NCBI GenBank assembly: GCA_963776345.1
Contig: CAVZMH010000022.1
Location: forward strand, 224,001-288,000
DNA: 64,000 bases
Reading direction: 5' to 3'
DNA from: an uncultured delta proteobacterium
GTDB taxonomy: Bacteria > Myxococcota > Myxococcia > Myxococcales > Myxococcaceae
Of the stretch, positions 37,282 to 47,788 are shown piece after piece. How positions within the stretch are numbered: position 1 is the first letter of the stretch; every line of letters begins with the position of its first letter. Under the pieces are notes generated by a model. It searched no databases. It saw only the letters and a list, made by a program, of their open reading frames with translations, and was not told the DNA's origin. Both the position numbers and the translations under genes were made by a program.

Positions 37282-40200
37282 TCAGCCGGTCGGCCCGAGG
37301 TACCGGTCCAGCCAGTCGAGGACCTCCTGGGTCAGCACGTCGTTCGGCGGCACGTGGCCGGCCTCGAGGACCAGGTGGCGCTTGTCCTTCCCTGGCGTGG
37401 CGAGCAGCTTGAACATCGGAACCTGCGTCTCCTCGACGGGGAAGAAGAAGTCGTACCGGCCATTCACCATCAGCACGGGCTGATGGACCAGGCCGAGGAA
37501 GTTGAAGGGGTCCGCCTCGGGCAGGCACTCCTGCGACTCCAGCCCGCCGCCCACCCACAGGCCGACCTTGATCCGGTCCTCCACCGCCATCATCACCGGT
37601 CCGAGGAACGCCCCCCAGCTCGCGCCGTAGAAGGCGAGGCGCTTCGCGTCGAGGTCCTTGCGCGTCTCGGCCCAGTCGATGCTGCGGCCGAGGTCTCTCG
37701 ACCACATGATGACGTGGTCCCGGTAAAACGCCGTGGGCGCCTGGTAGTCCGAGTCGAGCGCATCTCCACGCTCGAAGGTGGACTTGAAGACCGGGTACAG
37801 CACCGCGCGCCCGCTCCGGAGGATCGGGGACAGCAGGCGCATCCCGGGCAGGTCCGTGCTCGAGCGCTGGTGGATGGCGTTCGAGCCGGGGAAGAACACC
37901 ACCAGCGGGTACGGAGGTCGCCCGGCGCGTGGGGTCAGGAGGTACGCGGTGACGCGCTCGCCTCCGTAGGCCGCGGTGAAGCTGACCTTCTCCTTTCTCC
38001 AGCGGTCCGAGCTGTCGTCGGTCTCCTCGGTCCGGGCGTCGAGCGGCGCCCGGTCGTAGGCGTAGAGCCGTCGGTACGCCCGGGCGACCTCGGGCTGCAC
38101 CGGCTTCTCCTGGTCGTAGTCGCGGTGGGCGAGCGGGATGACTGCGGAGGCCTCGGGCGCGGTCCGGTCGTCGAGCGGCTTCACCAGCCGGAATCCGAAG
38201 GCGGCTCCCCGGGTGAACGGATCCTGCGCGTCGGCGTCGTTGAACATGTACGACGGCTCGTTCCAGCCGCCGCCCAGGATGAACCGCCGACCGTCCTTCA
38301 CCGCGTTCCGGCACCACTCCTTGGCGTTGCCAGCCATGTCGTGGGTGCCGTAGGGGCCGATGGCCGCGAGGGTCGCCACCGGCACGGTTCCGGCGTTGCG
38401 GAAGTTGCTCGCCGGGACGATCTGCGGGGCCGCGTACGTGCCCGCGGCGTGGGTCCACTGGTACGTGCTGGGGAGCTCCTCGCCGACGAACGCGGCGTAG
38501 GCCGCCGCCTCGTACCAGCTCACGCCGGTGACCGGATGGTCCCCCTGCCCCTCGGGATAGTCCCCGAGCTCCCAGGTCGCCGGACCTGGCCGGCCCGTGC
38601 GGTCGTGGAACAGGGCCATCGCCTGCTCCCAGCCGAGGGTTCGTCCGGCGTGAACGAACGGCTCCTTCCAGAGCTCACGACGCCGGTAGCCGCCGGCATC
38701 GACGAAGCGCTTGAACTGGCGGTTCGTCACCTCGGTGCGATCGATGAGGTAGTCGCCCAGGACGACCTCCGGGAGGTGGTCGAGCCCCGGAATGGGGAGT
38801 CCCACGCTTCCGCCCGGGACGTGCACCATGTCCGGAGGGATGGTTCCCGTTCGGTCCAGGGCCAGCTTCAGCGTCACCTCGGGGCCCGCGTAGACCGACG
38901 GGTAGGCGCGGATCACCGTCTCGTGGCCGGGCAGGGCGATGCGCCAGAGGTGGAGCCCGAAGGGAAGCCGGAAGGCCCGGAGCGGGGTGATCCCCAGCCG
39001 CCGCCACGCGCCGTCGGGAGCGCCGTACCGCTTCACCTCGACGGTCGCGCCGGGCGGGCTGGTCTCGACCGTGTAGAGCCGGGACATCTCGGGGAGCAGC
39101 TTCTTGAGCTTCGGGTCTCCGGGGAGGATGTCTTGGAGTTGCTCGGCCAGGGCCATGGCCTCGGGGTACTTGTTCAGCTCGACCAGCTCGACCAGCTTCG
39201 GGAACGCCACGTCACGCGCCCAGCGCACCCGCGCCTCCCGGCGAACGTAGAGCGAGCCGAGGACCGCCACTGCGGCGAGCGCCAGCACGGCGCCGGCGAC
39301 CAGCCCGGCCCTCCGCACCGGGTGCCTGGGCGGGGCGAGCAGGGCCGTGCGCACCTCCCCTGCGCTCCGGAAGCGGCGCTCCGGCTCCCGAGCCAGGCAG
39401 CGGACGATGATCTCGCTCCAGCGCCGGTCGAGGCCGGGAAGCACGGTGTGCGGTGCGCGCGGCGTCTCCTGGATGCGCTTCGCGGCGGCGGCCAGGGGCG
39501 TGTCGCCGGTGAAGGGCAGCTCGCCGGTCACCATCTCGTACATCACCACGCCGAGCGCGAAGATGTCGGTGCTCGGCGTGATGGCGCCGCCGGTCACCTG
39601 CTCGGGCGCCATGTACTCCGGAGTGCCGATCATCCCGGCGCCGCCGGTGAGCGCGGGCTCCGCTCCCGGCCCGGTCTCGAGCGGCCGGGCGATGCCGAAG
39701 TCGGTGATCACCGCGCGCGTCGATCCGGACTCTGCGGCCGGGCCGCGCCGCTGGACCAGCAGGACGTTGCTGCTCTTGAAGTCCCGGTGGACCACGCCCT
39801 CCGCATGGGCCGCGGCGAGCCCGTCGCACATCTGCAGCACCAGCGGCAGCGCCTCGGCCGTGGTCATCCGCCCCCGCTCGCGGAGGCGCTGGGCGAGGGT
39901 CTCGCCCTCGAGAAGCTCCATGGTGAGGAAGTGGACCGGGACTCCCTCGGCGGTGCGGGCGTCGTAGAACTCGTAGACGTGACAGACGTTGGGGTGGCCC
40001 ACCCGCCGGGCCAGCAGCACCTCGCGCCGGAAGCGCTCCAGGGCCGAGGAGTCGGCCAGGAGCTCGCTGCGGATGATCTTCAGGGCCACCCGGGACCGGA
40101 GGCTCAGGTCCTCGGCCTCGTACACCGCCCCCATGCCGCCACGGGCGATGAACCGGACGATCGAGAAGCGACCCGCGAGCAGCTCCTCGGGGCGCAGCCG

Positions 40201-40359
40201 GGGGAGGTCCGGATCCGCCTCGCCGCGGGAGGCGAGCGAGGGCGCGAGATCCTGCGTGCGCTCGTCGGGGGGGCGGCGGACGAAGGTGGCTCCGGGCTCG
40301 TCGCCAGGTGACTCCGACGGACCGGTCCCCTCCTCGGGAGCGCCCGGCTTGCCGCTCAT
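37282..40359 (-). CDS. Membrane Ser/Thr kinase fused to PEGA-like, FGE-sulfatase-like and alpha/beta-hydrolase domains
   Basis: VALK, HRDFKSSN, DFG, APE; TM segment; TEVTN..HPVTGVSWYEA..DMAGNAKEW; GASWG...GRYD...AGH. Confidence 0.9.
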   Translation of the reverse strand: MSGKPGAPEEGTGPSESPGDEPGATFVRRPPDERTQDLAPSLASRGEADPDLPRLRPEELLAGRFSIVRFIARGGMGAVYEAEDLSLRSRVALKIIRSELLADSSALERFRREVLLARRVGHPNVCHVYEFYDARTAEGVPVHFLTMELLEGETLAQRLRERGRMTTAEALPLVLQMCDGLAAAHAEGVVHRDFKSSNVLLVQRRGPAAESGSTRAVITDFGIARPLETGPGAEPALTGGAGMIGTPEYMAPEQVTGGAITPSTDIFALGVVMYEMVTGELPFTGDTPLAAAAKRIQETPRAPHTVLPGLDRRWSEIIVRCLAREPERRFRSAGEVRTALLAPPRHPVRRAGLVAGAVLALAAVAVLGSLYVRREARVRWARDVAFPKLVELVELNKYPEAMALAEQLQDILPGDPKLKKLLPEMSRLYTVETSPPGATVEVKRYGAPDGAWRRLGITPLRAFRLPFGLHLWRIALPGHETVIRAYPSVYAGPEVTLKLALDRTGTIPPDMVHVPGGSVGLPIPGLDHLPEVVLGDYLIDRTEVTNRQFKRFVDAGGYRRRELWKEPFVHAGRTLGWEQAMALFHDRTGRPGPATWELGDYPEGQGDHPVTGVSWYEAAAYAAFVGEELPSTYQWTHAAGTYAAPQIVPASNFRNAGTVPVATLAAIGPYGTHDMAGNAKEWCRNAVKDGRRFILGGGWNEPSYMFNDADAQDPFTRGAAFGFRLVKPLDDRTAPEASAVIPLAHRDYDQEKPVQPEVARAYRRLYAYDRAPLDARTEETDDSSDRWRKEKVSFTAAYGGERVTAYLLTPRAGRPPYPLVVFFPGSNAIHQRSSTDLPGMRLLSPILRSGRAVLYPVFKSTFERGDALDSDYQAPTAFYRDHVIMWSRDLGRSIDWAETRKDLDAKRLAFYGASWGAFLGPVMMAVEDRIKVGLWVGGGLESQECLPEADPFNFLGLVHQPVLMVNGRYDFFFPVEETQVPMFKLLATPGKDKRHLVLEAGHVPPNDVLTQEVLDWLDRYLGPTG

Positions 40360-40452
40360 CGGCCTCTCCCCTTCATCGGCCGGCGAGGCTAGTCACGAAC
40401 CTCGCGACTCGGCCAGGCGCGCGGGCGGCGCCCCGGGCGGGGCGGGCGGGAC

Positions 40453-41667
40453 TCAGGGCTGACCGGCGGCCGCGGACCGGGCCGCCGCGGCGCCACTCGA
40501 TGGTGCCGTCCAGCGCGCCAGCTCGCGGGCCACCGTCAGCGCCGCCAGCGCCGCGAGCGCGCTGCCGCCGAGCAGCACGCGCGACATCTCGATCCACCGG
40601 GTCAGCCAGGCGACGACGAAGGGCGCGCCGAAGCCCAGGTACGCCCAGGCGTAGAACCAGCCCACCAGCGTCCCGCGGGTGGTGGCGTCCGCGAGCCGGC
40701 CCGCCGCCGAGAGGCCACCGACCAGGCCCAGCCCGTACGCGCTTCCGAGCAGCGCCATACAGAGGAGCACTCCCGGGACCGTGGGCGCCTGCGCCGTCCA
40801 CGCCGCCACCCCCAGCCCGAGCGTCGCCACCGCGAGCCCGGTCACCGCCGAGCGCCCGGCTCGGGCCGCCTCGAGCCGTCGCCCCAGCGACTGGATGGCC
40901 GCGCCCATGCCCAGCGTCACCCCGGTCATCAGGCCCACCAGCGCCGTGGGGTGGGGCAGCGGCCCGAAGCGCGTCGGGAGCACCACGAAGGCCACCGCCA
41001 CGCTGGCGAAGACGAACGGCGCGAGCGGCGCCACGCCCCATCGGAAGGCGCGGCGCACCTCGGGGGAGGGCGGGAGCCGCCGGGCATGGGTCCCGGGCTG
41101 GAGCGTCTCGCGCGCCGATAGCACCCCGGGCAGCGCGGCGGCCATGAGCACCAGGTGCGGCAGGTAGGGCACCACCTCAGGCCAGGGGAGCACATCGGCG
41201 ATCAGCCCGGCGGCGAGCGGCCCGAGGCAGAAGCCCGCGGTCACCGCCAGCGCCGCGCGCCGGGTGGCCAGCGCCGCCGACAGCTCCACCAGCCACGCCG
41301 AGCCCGCGCCGAAGACCACCCCCGAGACGACGCCCGCCACCACCCGTCCGATCGCCAGCGCCGGGCTCCACGCCGCGCCGGCGATCAGCACGCCGGTCGC
41401 CAGGAGCGAGAGGAAGAAGAAGGGGAGCACCACCGGACGGCGTCCGCGGGCGTCCGACGCGGCGCCTCCCGCCAGCAGCCCCGGCACCAGCCCCAGCGCG
41501 TAGCAGCCCCACAGCGCCCCGAGCACCGCGGGTCCGAACCCGAACCGCTGGCGGTACACCAGCAGCAGCGGCGTGAACTGGTTGGCGCCCCAGGCCACGG
41601 CGAACAGCGCCAGCGTGAGTCGCCGCTCGTCTCGTCCAGCGTCCATCGCGGGTCCGGTAACGGTCAT
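40453..41667 (-). CDS. MFS transporter
   Basis: GAASDARGRRPV motif A; about 12 hydrophobic segments. Confidence 0.88.
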   Translation of the reverse strand: MTVTGPAMDAGRDERRLTLALFAVAWGANQFTPLLLVYRQRFGFGPAVLGALWGCYALGLVPGLLAGGAASDARGRRPVVLPFFFLSLLATGVLIAGAAWSPALAIGRVVAGVVSGVVFGAGSAWLVELSAALATRRAALAVTAGFCLGPLAAGLIADVLPWPEVVPYLPHLVLMAAALPGVLSARETLQPGTHARRLPPSPEVRRAFRWGVAPLAPFVFASVAVAFVVLPTRFGPLPHPTALVGLMTGVTLGMGAAIQSLGRRLEAARAGRSAVTGLAVATLGLGVAAWTAQAPTVPGVLLCMALLGSAYGLGLVGGLSAAGRLADATTRGTLVGWFYAWAYLGFGAPFVVAWLTRWIEMSRVLLGGSALAALAALTVARELARWTAPSSGAAAARSAAAGQP

Positions 41668-41772
41668 CCTCCTCCTCTGCCCGGCTCCAGCCCGGGGATG
41701 CTTCGGCCCGCGACGAAACTGTGTCGGCTGCGGCGCGCCGGCGACCCGGTGGCACCGCGCGCCCAGGGGGGC

Positions 41773-42246
41773 TCAGCCGCCCGGCGCGCCCTGGGGCTGG
41801 TCCAGCGCCTGCCGGCTGACGGCCACCACCGCCTGGCACCGCGCGCAGACCTGTCCCTGCGCGTCGAGGATGCGGGCGCTGGCGAAGAGGGTCCGCTGGC
41901 CCTCGCGGTCGATCCACGCCTCGCAGCGCACCGCGCGGCCGAACACCGCCCGCTCGAAGCTCATCGACAGCTGCACCGTGGCGCTGCGCCGGTGCGGATC
42001 CACCAGCACCACCGTGCTCCCCACGGCCAGGTCGAAGAGGCCGGCCAGCACCATGCCGTTCACCGCCGAGGTCCCCAGCCCGCCCAGGTGCTCGGCGCGG
42101 ACCTCCGGGATCTCCACCACCACCCGATCCGACTGGAACGCGACCCGCATCCCGTTGTGGCGCAGCACCTCGCTCTGGTTCCAGAGGGCGGCCAGGGCGA
42201 CGAGCTCCTCGGCAGTGGGGCGAGGCGGGGGCACGGGGGGAGTCAC
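41773..42246 (-). CDS. PaaI family thioesterase
   Basis: AVNGMVLAGLFD; TVQLSMSFERA. Confidence 0.8.
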   Translation of the reverse strand: MTPPVPPPRPTAEELVALAALWNQSEVLRHNGMRVAFQSDRVVVEIPEVRAEHLGGLGTSAVNGMVLAGLFDLAVGSTVVLVDPHRRSATVQLSMSFERAVFGRAVRCEAWIDREGQRTLFASARILDAQGQVCARCQAVVAVSRQALDQPQGAPGG

Positions 42247-42302
42247 TCTAGCGGAACGCCTGGACCCCGGGCCGCGGACTGGCCGATGCTGCCGTCCACC
42301 CC

Positions 42303-43487
42303 ATGGCGCCGGACGGACTGGTGGGCCTGGAGATCCTCCCCGGCAACCCGGACTTCCTCGACCTGCCCTGGCACCTGCCGATGGCCCGGTGGCGCGAGGT
42401 CACCACCCGCATCGTCGAGGTGCCGCGCGGCATCTCCCGTCACGAGGTGCTCTTCCTCCAGTACGACCGCACGCTGTACGCGGCCAAGGAGCTCCCGCCG
42501 AAGGTCGGGGAGCGGGAGTACGACGCGCTCCGCTGGCTCGAGCAGCGCGAGCTCCCGGCGGTGCACGCCGCCGGACACGCCCGGGTGCGCCGCGAGGGCG
42601 AGGAGGCGAGCCTGCTCTTCACCCGCTTCCTCGAGAGCTCCATCCCCTTCCGGACGCTGTTCGAGAACGCGAAGCTGGAGCAGTACCGGCCGCGGCTGCT
42701 CGACGCCATCGCCGGGCTGCTGGTGCGGCTGCACCTCGCCGGCTTCTTTTGGGGCGACTGCTCCCTCTCCAACACGCTCTTCAGGCGCGACGCGGGTCAG
42801 CTCCAGGCCTACCTGGTGGACGCCGAGACCGCCGAGATGCACGGCGAGCTCTCCACCGGGCAGCGGCTCCACGACCTCGAGCTCCTGCAAGAGAACGTCG
42901 CCGGGGACCTGCTCGACGTGGCGGCGATGCTCGGTGAGCGCGGGGAGGAGACCCTGGACCGGACGCCGGCCGAGATCCGCTCCCGCTACGAGCAGCTGTG
43001 GAGCGAGGTCACCCGCGAGGAGTGGGTCGCCCCATCGGAGAGCTGGCGCATCCACGAGCGCATCAAGAGCCTCAACGCGCTCGGGTTCACCGTGGGCGAG
43101 GTGAAGCTCGAGGCCACCGGCGACGGCAGCCGCCTGCGGATGCGGGCCATCGTCACCGACCGCGACTACCACCGGGACCTCCTCCACGACCTGACCGGGC
43201 TGAACGCGGAGGACCGCCAGGCCAAGCTGATGGTGCAGGAGATCCAGGAGCTCCGGGCCACGCTGGCGCGCACCGAGAACCGCAGCGTGCCGCTCCAGGT
43301 CGCTGCCTACCGCTGGCTCACCGAGCGCTACCAGCCCACCGTCCGCCGGCTGGCCGGGCGCGGGGACCCGCCCGAGCTCTACTGCGAGCTGCTGGAGAAC
43401 AAGTGGTACCTCTCGGAGCGCGCGGGCCGCGACGTGGGGATGGAGGTGGCGCTGGAGGACTACCTCCGGCGCTTCTCGGCCACGTAG
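42303..43487 (+). CDS. DUF4032-domain protein (kinase-like fold)
   Basis: LDLPW..PRGISRH; LHLAGFFWGDCSLSNTLFRRDAG..YLVDAET; KWYLSERAGRDVG. Confidence 0.85.
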   Translation: MAPDGLVGLEILPGNPDFLDLPWHLPMARWREVTTRIVEVPRGISRHEVLFLQYDRTLYAAKELPPKVGEREYDALRWLEQRELPAVHAAGHARVRREGEEASLLFTRFLESSIPFRTLFENAKLEQYRPRLLDAIAGLLVRLHLAGFFWGDCSLSNTLFRRDAGQLQAYLVDAETAEMHGELSTGQRLHDLELLQENVAGDLLDVAAMLGERGEETLDRTPAEIRSRYEQLWSEVTREEWVAPSESWRIHERIKSLNALGFTVGEVKLEATGDGSRLRMRAIVTDRDYHRDLLHDLTGLNAEDRQAKLMVQEIQELRATLARTENRSVPLQVAAYRWLTERYQPTVRRLAGRGDPPELYCELLENKWYLSERAGRDVGMEVALEDYLRRFSAT

Positions 43488-45320
43488 GCCAGCGTGGCCC
43501 GGGCCTGCGCGTCGTCGGGGCGGACGCGGAGCGCCTCGCGGCACTGGGCCTCGGCCTCGTCGAGGCGTCCCAGCCGGGCGAAGGCCTCGGCAAGCCGGAT
43601 GCGCGCCTCGCCGAAGCGGGGCAGGGTCTGCAGCACGCGCTGGTACTCGGGGACCGCGCGGCCCGCGTCGGGCTCGCCGCGTCGAGCGAGGAAGACGTCG
43701 CGGTTGTCGAGCAGGATGGCGTGGTTCCAGTGGAGCCACGGGTCTCCTGGGTCGCGGGCCAGCGCCGCCTGGTAGGCCGCCTCGGTCGCCTCGAACGTCT
43801 CGCGCGCGCCCTCGTCGCGGACGCGCTCCACCTGGGCGAGCTGGAGCGCATGGTCCAGCTGCCCGGCGAAGGGCGGACGGGCGAGGCGGCGGAGGACCTC
43901 CTTGGCGACCAGGTACCGGTTGTAGCCGGTGAGCGCCAGCCGCCCGGCCAGGCGCTGGTGCGAGGGCGGAGCGACGTCGTGCACGCCCGCCGAGGCGGGG
44001 AGCGCGCGCACCACCGCCGGGAACAGCGCCCGGGCCAGCACCTCGTTGCCCTCGGGGGTGAGGTGGGCGTGCTCCCAGAAGAGCTCCGGGCCAGGCACGC
44101 CGTGGGGGCTCGCCGCGGCGAGCGCCCCGCGCCGTCCACCAGCTCGACGCCCGGTCCCGCCGTCTGCGCCACCTCGGCGGTGAGCTGGACCAGGGAGCGT
44201 CGGCGCGGAAGCGGAGCGTGTCCAGGTCGCGCGCCCGGGCCAGCCGCTCCCGCGCCAGCGCGTCGTCTCCGAGCGCGAGCGCGGCCCGTCCGATGCGGTA
44301 TTGCAGCTCCGCGAAGGTCCCGTCGATCGCCTCGGCCTCCCGGTAGGCGGCGAGGGCGTCGGCCGGATGCCCGGCCTGCTCGGCGGCCTCTCCTCGCGCC
44401 ACGGCGGCCTTCCACCGCTCGAGCGCCGGCGCGTCGAGTCCGGGCCGGTGTGCGGAGGCGAAGGGGGCGAAGTCGCGGAGCCGCGTGCCGACGGTGCTCA
44501 CCACCACCCGGGCCCCGCGCTCCCGGAACGCGGCAACGACGTCGGCGAGGTTCCCGCGGAACGCCCGGTACGTCTGTTCCATGGCCGGGTCGTCCGCGCG
44601 CACCTGGTGGTCGAGGAAGAGCTCCATGCCCCGCCACTCGGTGGGCGCGTCCTTCCCCCGTGGCCGGCCGAGCGCGCCGAGGAGCTGCCCCAGGCGGGTG
44701 GTGCCGAGCGCGATGGAGACGCGGATGAGCCCGAGCCCTGGCGTCCCACCGGTGAGCACGGTGCCGGGCCCGTATGGCCCAACCACCTCGTTGTTCCCGG
44801 CGTAGACCACCACCACGTCCGGCGCCTGGCGGGCGAGGTCGCGCGCCATCGGCACCAGCACGTGCGAGTTGATGGCCACCACCCCCGCGTTCACCACCTC
44901 GAACCGGACGCCAGGGGCCGCCTCCTCGAGCATCGCCTCGAGGAAGCGGGAGACGCCGAACGTCGGCTCGGGGTCTCCCTGCGCCGCGGACTCGCCGAGC
45001 ACCACCACCCGGACCGTCCCCGCACCCCTCTCCTCCGGCAGCACGAACGGCGTGGGCTGCCGGGCCAGCCCGGGCGGGAAGAAGCGGAGCGCGAAGTCCG
45101 GGTTGGGACAGGCGGCCGGGCGGCCCTGCGCCTGGCAGGGAACGGTAAAGCCGGCCGGGTGGCCCACGCCGAGCAGTCGCAGGAGCAGCTCGAGCCCGCC
45201 CAGGAGCACCACTGGCGCGAGCACCACGGTGACGGCGCGGAACAGCCGGACCCGTCTCGTGGAGGGAGGCGAGGGAGTCGCGGGGGCCGGCGGCCGGGCT
45301 CGGGTGCGGCGCTTGGCCAT
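43460..45320 (-). CDS. Membrane-anchored SGNH/GDSL-like plus TPR protein (frameshifts near 44200 and 44120)
   Basis: N-terminal TM; VVLGESAAQG, NAGV, YAGNNE; FWEHAHLTPEGN; TPRs. Confidence 0.75.
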
Positions 45321-45328
45321 CGGCCTGC

Positions 45329-45487
45329 TCAGAAGAGCGTGTAGATGAAGGGCGCGATGGCGCTGCCCTGGGTCAGGACGATGACCACCCCGAGCAGGAG
45401 CAGCACCACCACCAGCGGCAGGAGCCACCACTTCTTCTGCTCGCCGAGGAACTGGAAGTACTGCCCGAGGATGCGGAGCTTGGACAC
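45329..45487 (-). CDS. DUF5989/SxtK-like small membrane protein
   Basis: KKWWLLPLVVVLLLLG...AIAPFIYTLF signature. Confidence 0.88.
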   Translation of the reverse strand: MSKLRILGQYFQFLGEQKKWWLLPLVVVLLLLGVVIVLTQGSAIAPFIYTLF

Positions 45488-45501
45488 GGGGGTCGGCGAG
45501 C

Positions 45502-45933
45502 CTAGTACATCCGGTCGTAACGGCCGCCGGCTCCGGGCTTTCTCCGGACCCAGTAGGTGGACGCCGTCCGGTCTGGCCCGAGCGCGAGGAAGCGCTTCCC
45601 CGTCAGCCGGGCGACCAGCGCCAGCGGCGTCAGCACCACCGCAAAGACCAGCGTCAGCACCACCCGGGACATCACCCAGCCGATGGCCAGCGCGACGGTC
45701 ATCCACCCGAGGTAGAGCGCGCGCAGCCGGGTCGGGACCAGCGCGCCCGCGAGCAGGAGCAGCGCTCCCACGCCCGCGAGGCCGAGTCGAACCGCCGGCG
45801 CCCGGTGGCGCCAGAGGAGCACCCCGGCGAGGGCGAGGAGCACGCCGCCGATCCCGAACGCGGCCTTGCGGAGCCCGCGCGGCGAGGTGTCCAGCCGCCC
45901 GAGCGCGGTGCGCACGTCCTCAGTCCAGGACAT
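45502..45933 (-). CDS. SxtJ family membrane protein
   Basis: LYLGWMTVALAIGWVMSRVVLTLVF..LTP; STYWVRR. Confidence 0.85.
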   Translation of the reverse strand: MSWTEDVRTALGRLDTSPRGLRKAAFGIGGVLLALAGVLLWRHRAPAVRLGLAGVGALLLLAGALVPTRLRALYLGWMTVALAIGWVMSRVVLTLVFAVVLTPLALVARLTGKRFLALGPDRTASTYWVRRKPGAGGRYDRMY

Positions 45934-47740
45934 GGCGGCGCCTCCAGTCCTCCGACTCCTCGAACGGGGGCTGGGTCTCCTTGCGCAGGAGGAAGGTCCC
46001 CAGCACCAGGACGTCCATCCCGGTGCGCATGAAGCAGGTATACGCGTCGGCCGGCGACTCCACGATGGGCTCGCCGCGGACGTTGAAGGAGGTGTTGACC
46101 AGCACCGGGCAGCCGGTCCGGGTCTCGAAGGCCCTGAGCAGCGCGTGGAAGCGCGGATTGTCGTCCCGGTGCACCGTCTGCAGCCGCGCCGAGTAGTCCA
46201 CGTGGGTGACCGCCGGGATGTCCGAGCGGGCGACGTTCAGCTTGTCGATGCCCCAGAGGCTTTGCTGATGGCCGGACATCGGCCGCTGCCGCGCCTTCCT
46301 CACCTCGGCCACCAGCAGCATGTACGGGCTCTCGCAGTCGATGTCGAACCACTCCGCCGCCTTCTCCGCCAGCACAGCGGGGGCGAAGGGACGGAAGCCC
46401 TCGCGGAACTTGATGGCCAGGTTCATCCGCTTCTGCATGTCCGGGGAGCGCGGGTCGCCGAGGATGGAGCGGTTCCCCAGCGCGCGCGGGCCGAACTCCA
46501 TCCGTCCCTGGAACCAGCCGACCACCTTGCCCTCGGCGAGCAGCCCGGCCACGGCGTCGAGCAGGGCACGCTCCTCGAGCCGGTCGCCGGGCGCGCCCCG
46601 GCGCCGGAGGAGCTCGGCGATCGCCTCGTCGTCGTGGGCCGGGCCGAGGAAGGCGCCGCGCAGCGCGTCCCGCCCCGTCTTCGGCCGGGCCGGCGCGCCG
46701 AGGTGGTGGTGGTGCGCGACGTACGCCGCCCCCAGCGCTCCCCCGGCATCCCCCGCCGCCGGCTGGATCCACAGCCGGTCGAAGATGCCCGCCCGGAGCA
46801 GCTTGCCGTTGGCCACGCAGTTCAGCGCCACGCCGCCGGCGAGGCAGAGGTCGCGCTCGCCGGTCTCCCGCCGGACGTGCCGCGCCATCCGGAGCACGAT
46901 GTCCTCGGTCACCTCCTGGATGGACCGGGCGAGGTCCATCTCCCGCTGGGTCAGCGGCGTCTCCGGCTCGCGCGGTGGGCCGCCGAACAGCCGATCGAAC
47001 GCGGGCGAGGTCATCCGGAGCCCGCCCACGTAGTCGAAGTACTCGAGGTTCATCCGGAACGACCCGTCCTCCCTGAGGTCGAGGAGGTGCTCGCGGATGG
47101 CCGGCACGTACCGGGGCTCGCCGTACGGCGCGAGGCCCATCAGCTTGTACTCGCCCGAGTTCACCTTGAACCCGGCGTGGTAGGTGAAGGCCGAGTAGAG
47201 CAGGCCGAGGGAGTGCGGGAACTGCAGCTCGGCCATCAGCTCCACCCGGTTGCCCTCGCCCACGCCCCAGGACGAGGTGGCCCACTCGCCGACGCCGTCC
47301 ATGGTGAGGAACGCCGCCCGCGAGAACGGCGAGGGGAAGAACGCCGAGGCGGCGTGCGACTCGTGGTGCTCGGAGAAGACGACCGGCCCCCGGTAGCCCA
47401 GGGCGTCGGAGATGAGGTCCGGCACCCAGAGCTTCTCGCCGAGCCACGCGGGGATGGCCTGGACGAAGGCCGGCAACCCGCGCGGGGCGATGGCCAGATG
47501 GGTCTCGAGGATGCGGTCGAACTTGAGGAATGGCTTGTCGTAGAAGGCAACGCAGCCGAGCGCGTCCACGCCGATTCCGGCCTCGCGCAGGCAGGCGCGG
47601 ACCGCGTGCTCGGGGAAGCGGTGGTCGTGCTTCACCCGGGTGAACCGCTCCTCCTGGGCGGCGGCGACGATGTCCCCGTCGCGCAGCAGGCACGCCGCGG
47701 AGTCGTGGTAGTACGCCGAGATTCCGAGGATGGTCGCCAC
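45920..47740 (-). CDS. O-carbamoyltransferase (NodU/CmcH/SxtI family)
   Basis: ILGISAYYHDSAA, QEERF, EHHESHAASAF, GEYKLMGLAPYG, EFGPRALGNRS, NTSFN. Confidence 0.95.
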   Translation of the reverse strand: MATILGISAYYHDSAACLLRDGDIVAAAQEERFTRVKHDHRFPEHAVRACLREAGIGVDALGCVAFYDKPFLKFDRILETHLAIAPRGLPAFVQAIPAWLGEKLWVPDLISDALGYRGPVVFSEHHESHAASAFFPSPFSRAAFLTMDGVGEWATSSWGVGEGNRVELMAELQFPHSLGLLYSAFTYHAGFKVNSGEYKLMGLAPYGEPRYVPAIREHLLDLREDGSFRMNLEYFDYVGGLRMTSPAFDRLFGGPPREPETPLTQREMDLARSIQEVTEDIVLRMARHVRRETGERDLCLAGGVALNCVANGKLLRAGIFDRLWIQPAAGDAGGALGAAYVAHHHHLGAPARPKTGRDALRGAFLGPAHDDEAIAELLRRRGAPGDRLEERALLDAVAGLLAEGKVVGWFQGRMEFGPRALGNRSILGDPRSPDMQKRMNLAIKFREGFRPFAPAVLAEKAAEWFDIDCESPYMLLVAEVRKARQRPMSGHQQSLWGIDKLNVARSDIPAVTHVDYSARLQTVHRDDNPRFHALLRAFETRTGCPVLVNTSFNVRGEPIVESPADAYTCFMRTGMDVLVLGTFLLRKETQPPFEESEDWRRRHVLD

Positions 47741-47788
47741 CGGGTGGCCCGGACTGTAGCTCCCCGGGTGCGGCGAGGTTGCGCGGAG

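Noticed and set aside
45329..47740. Saxitoxin biosynthesis
   Set aside because: No sxtA, sxtG or other core genes are in the window; the trio alone is not diagnostic.
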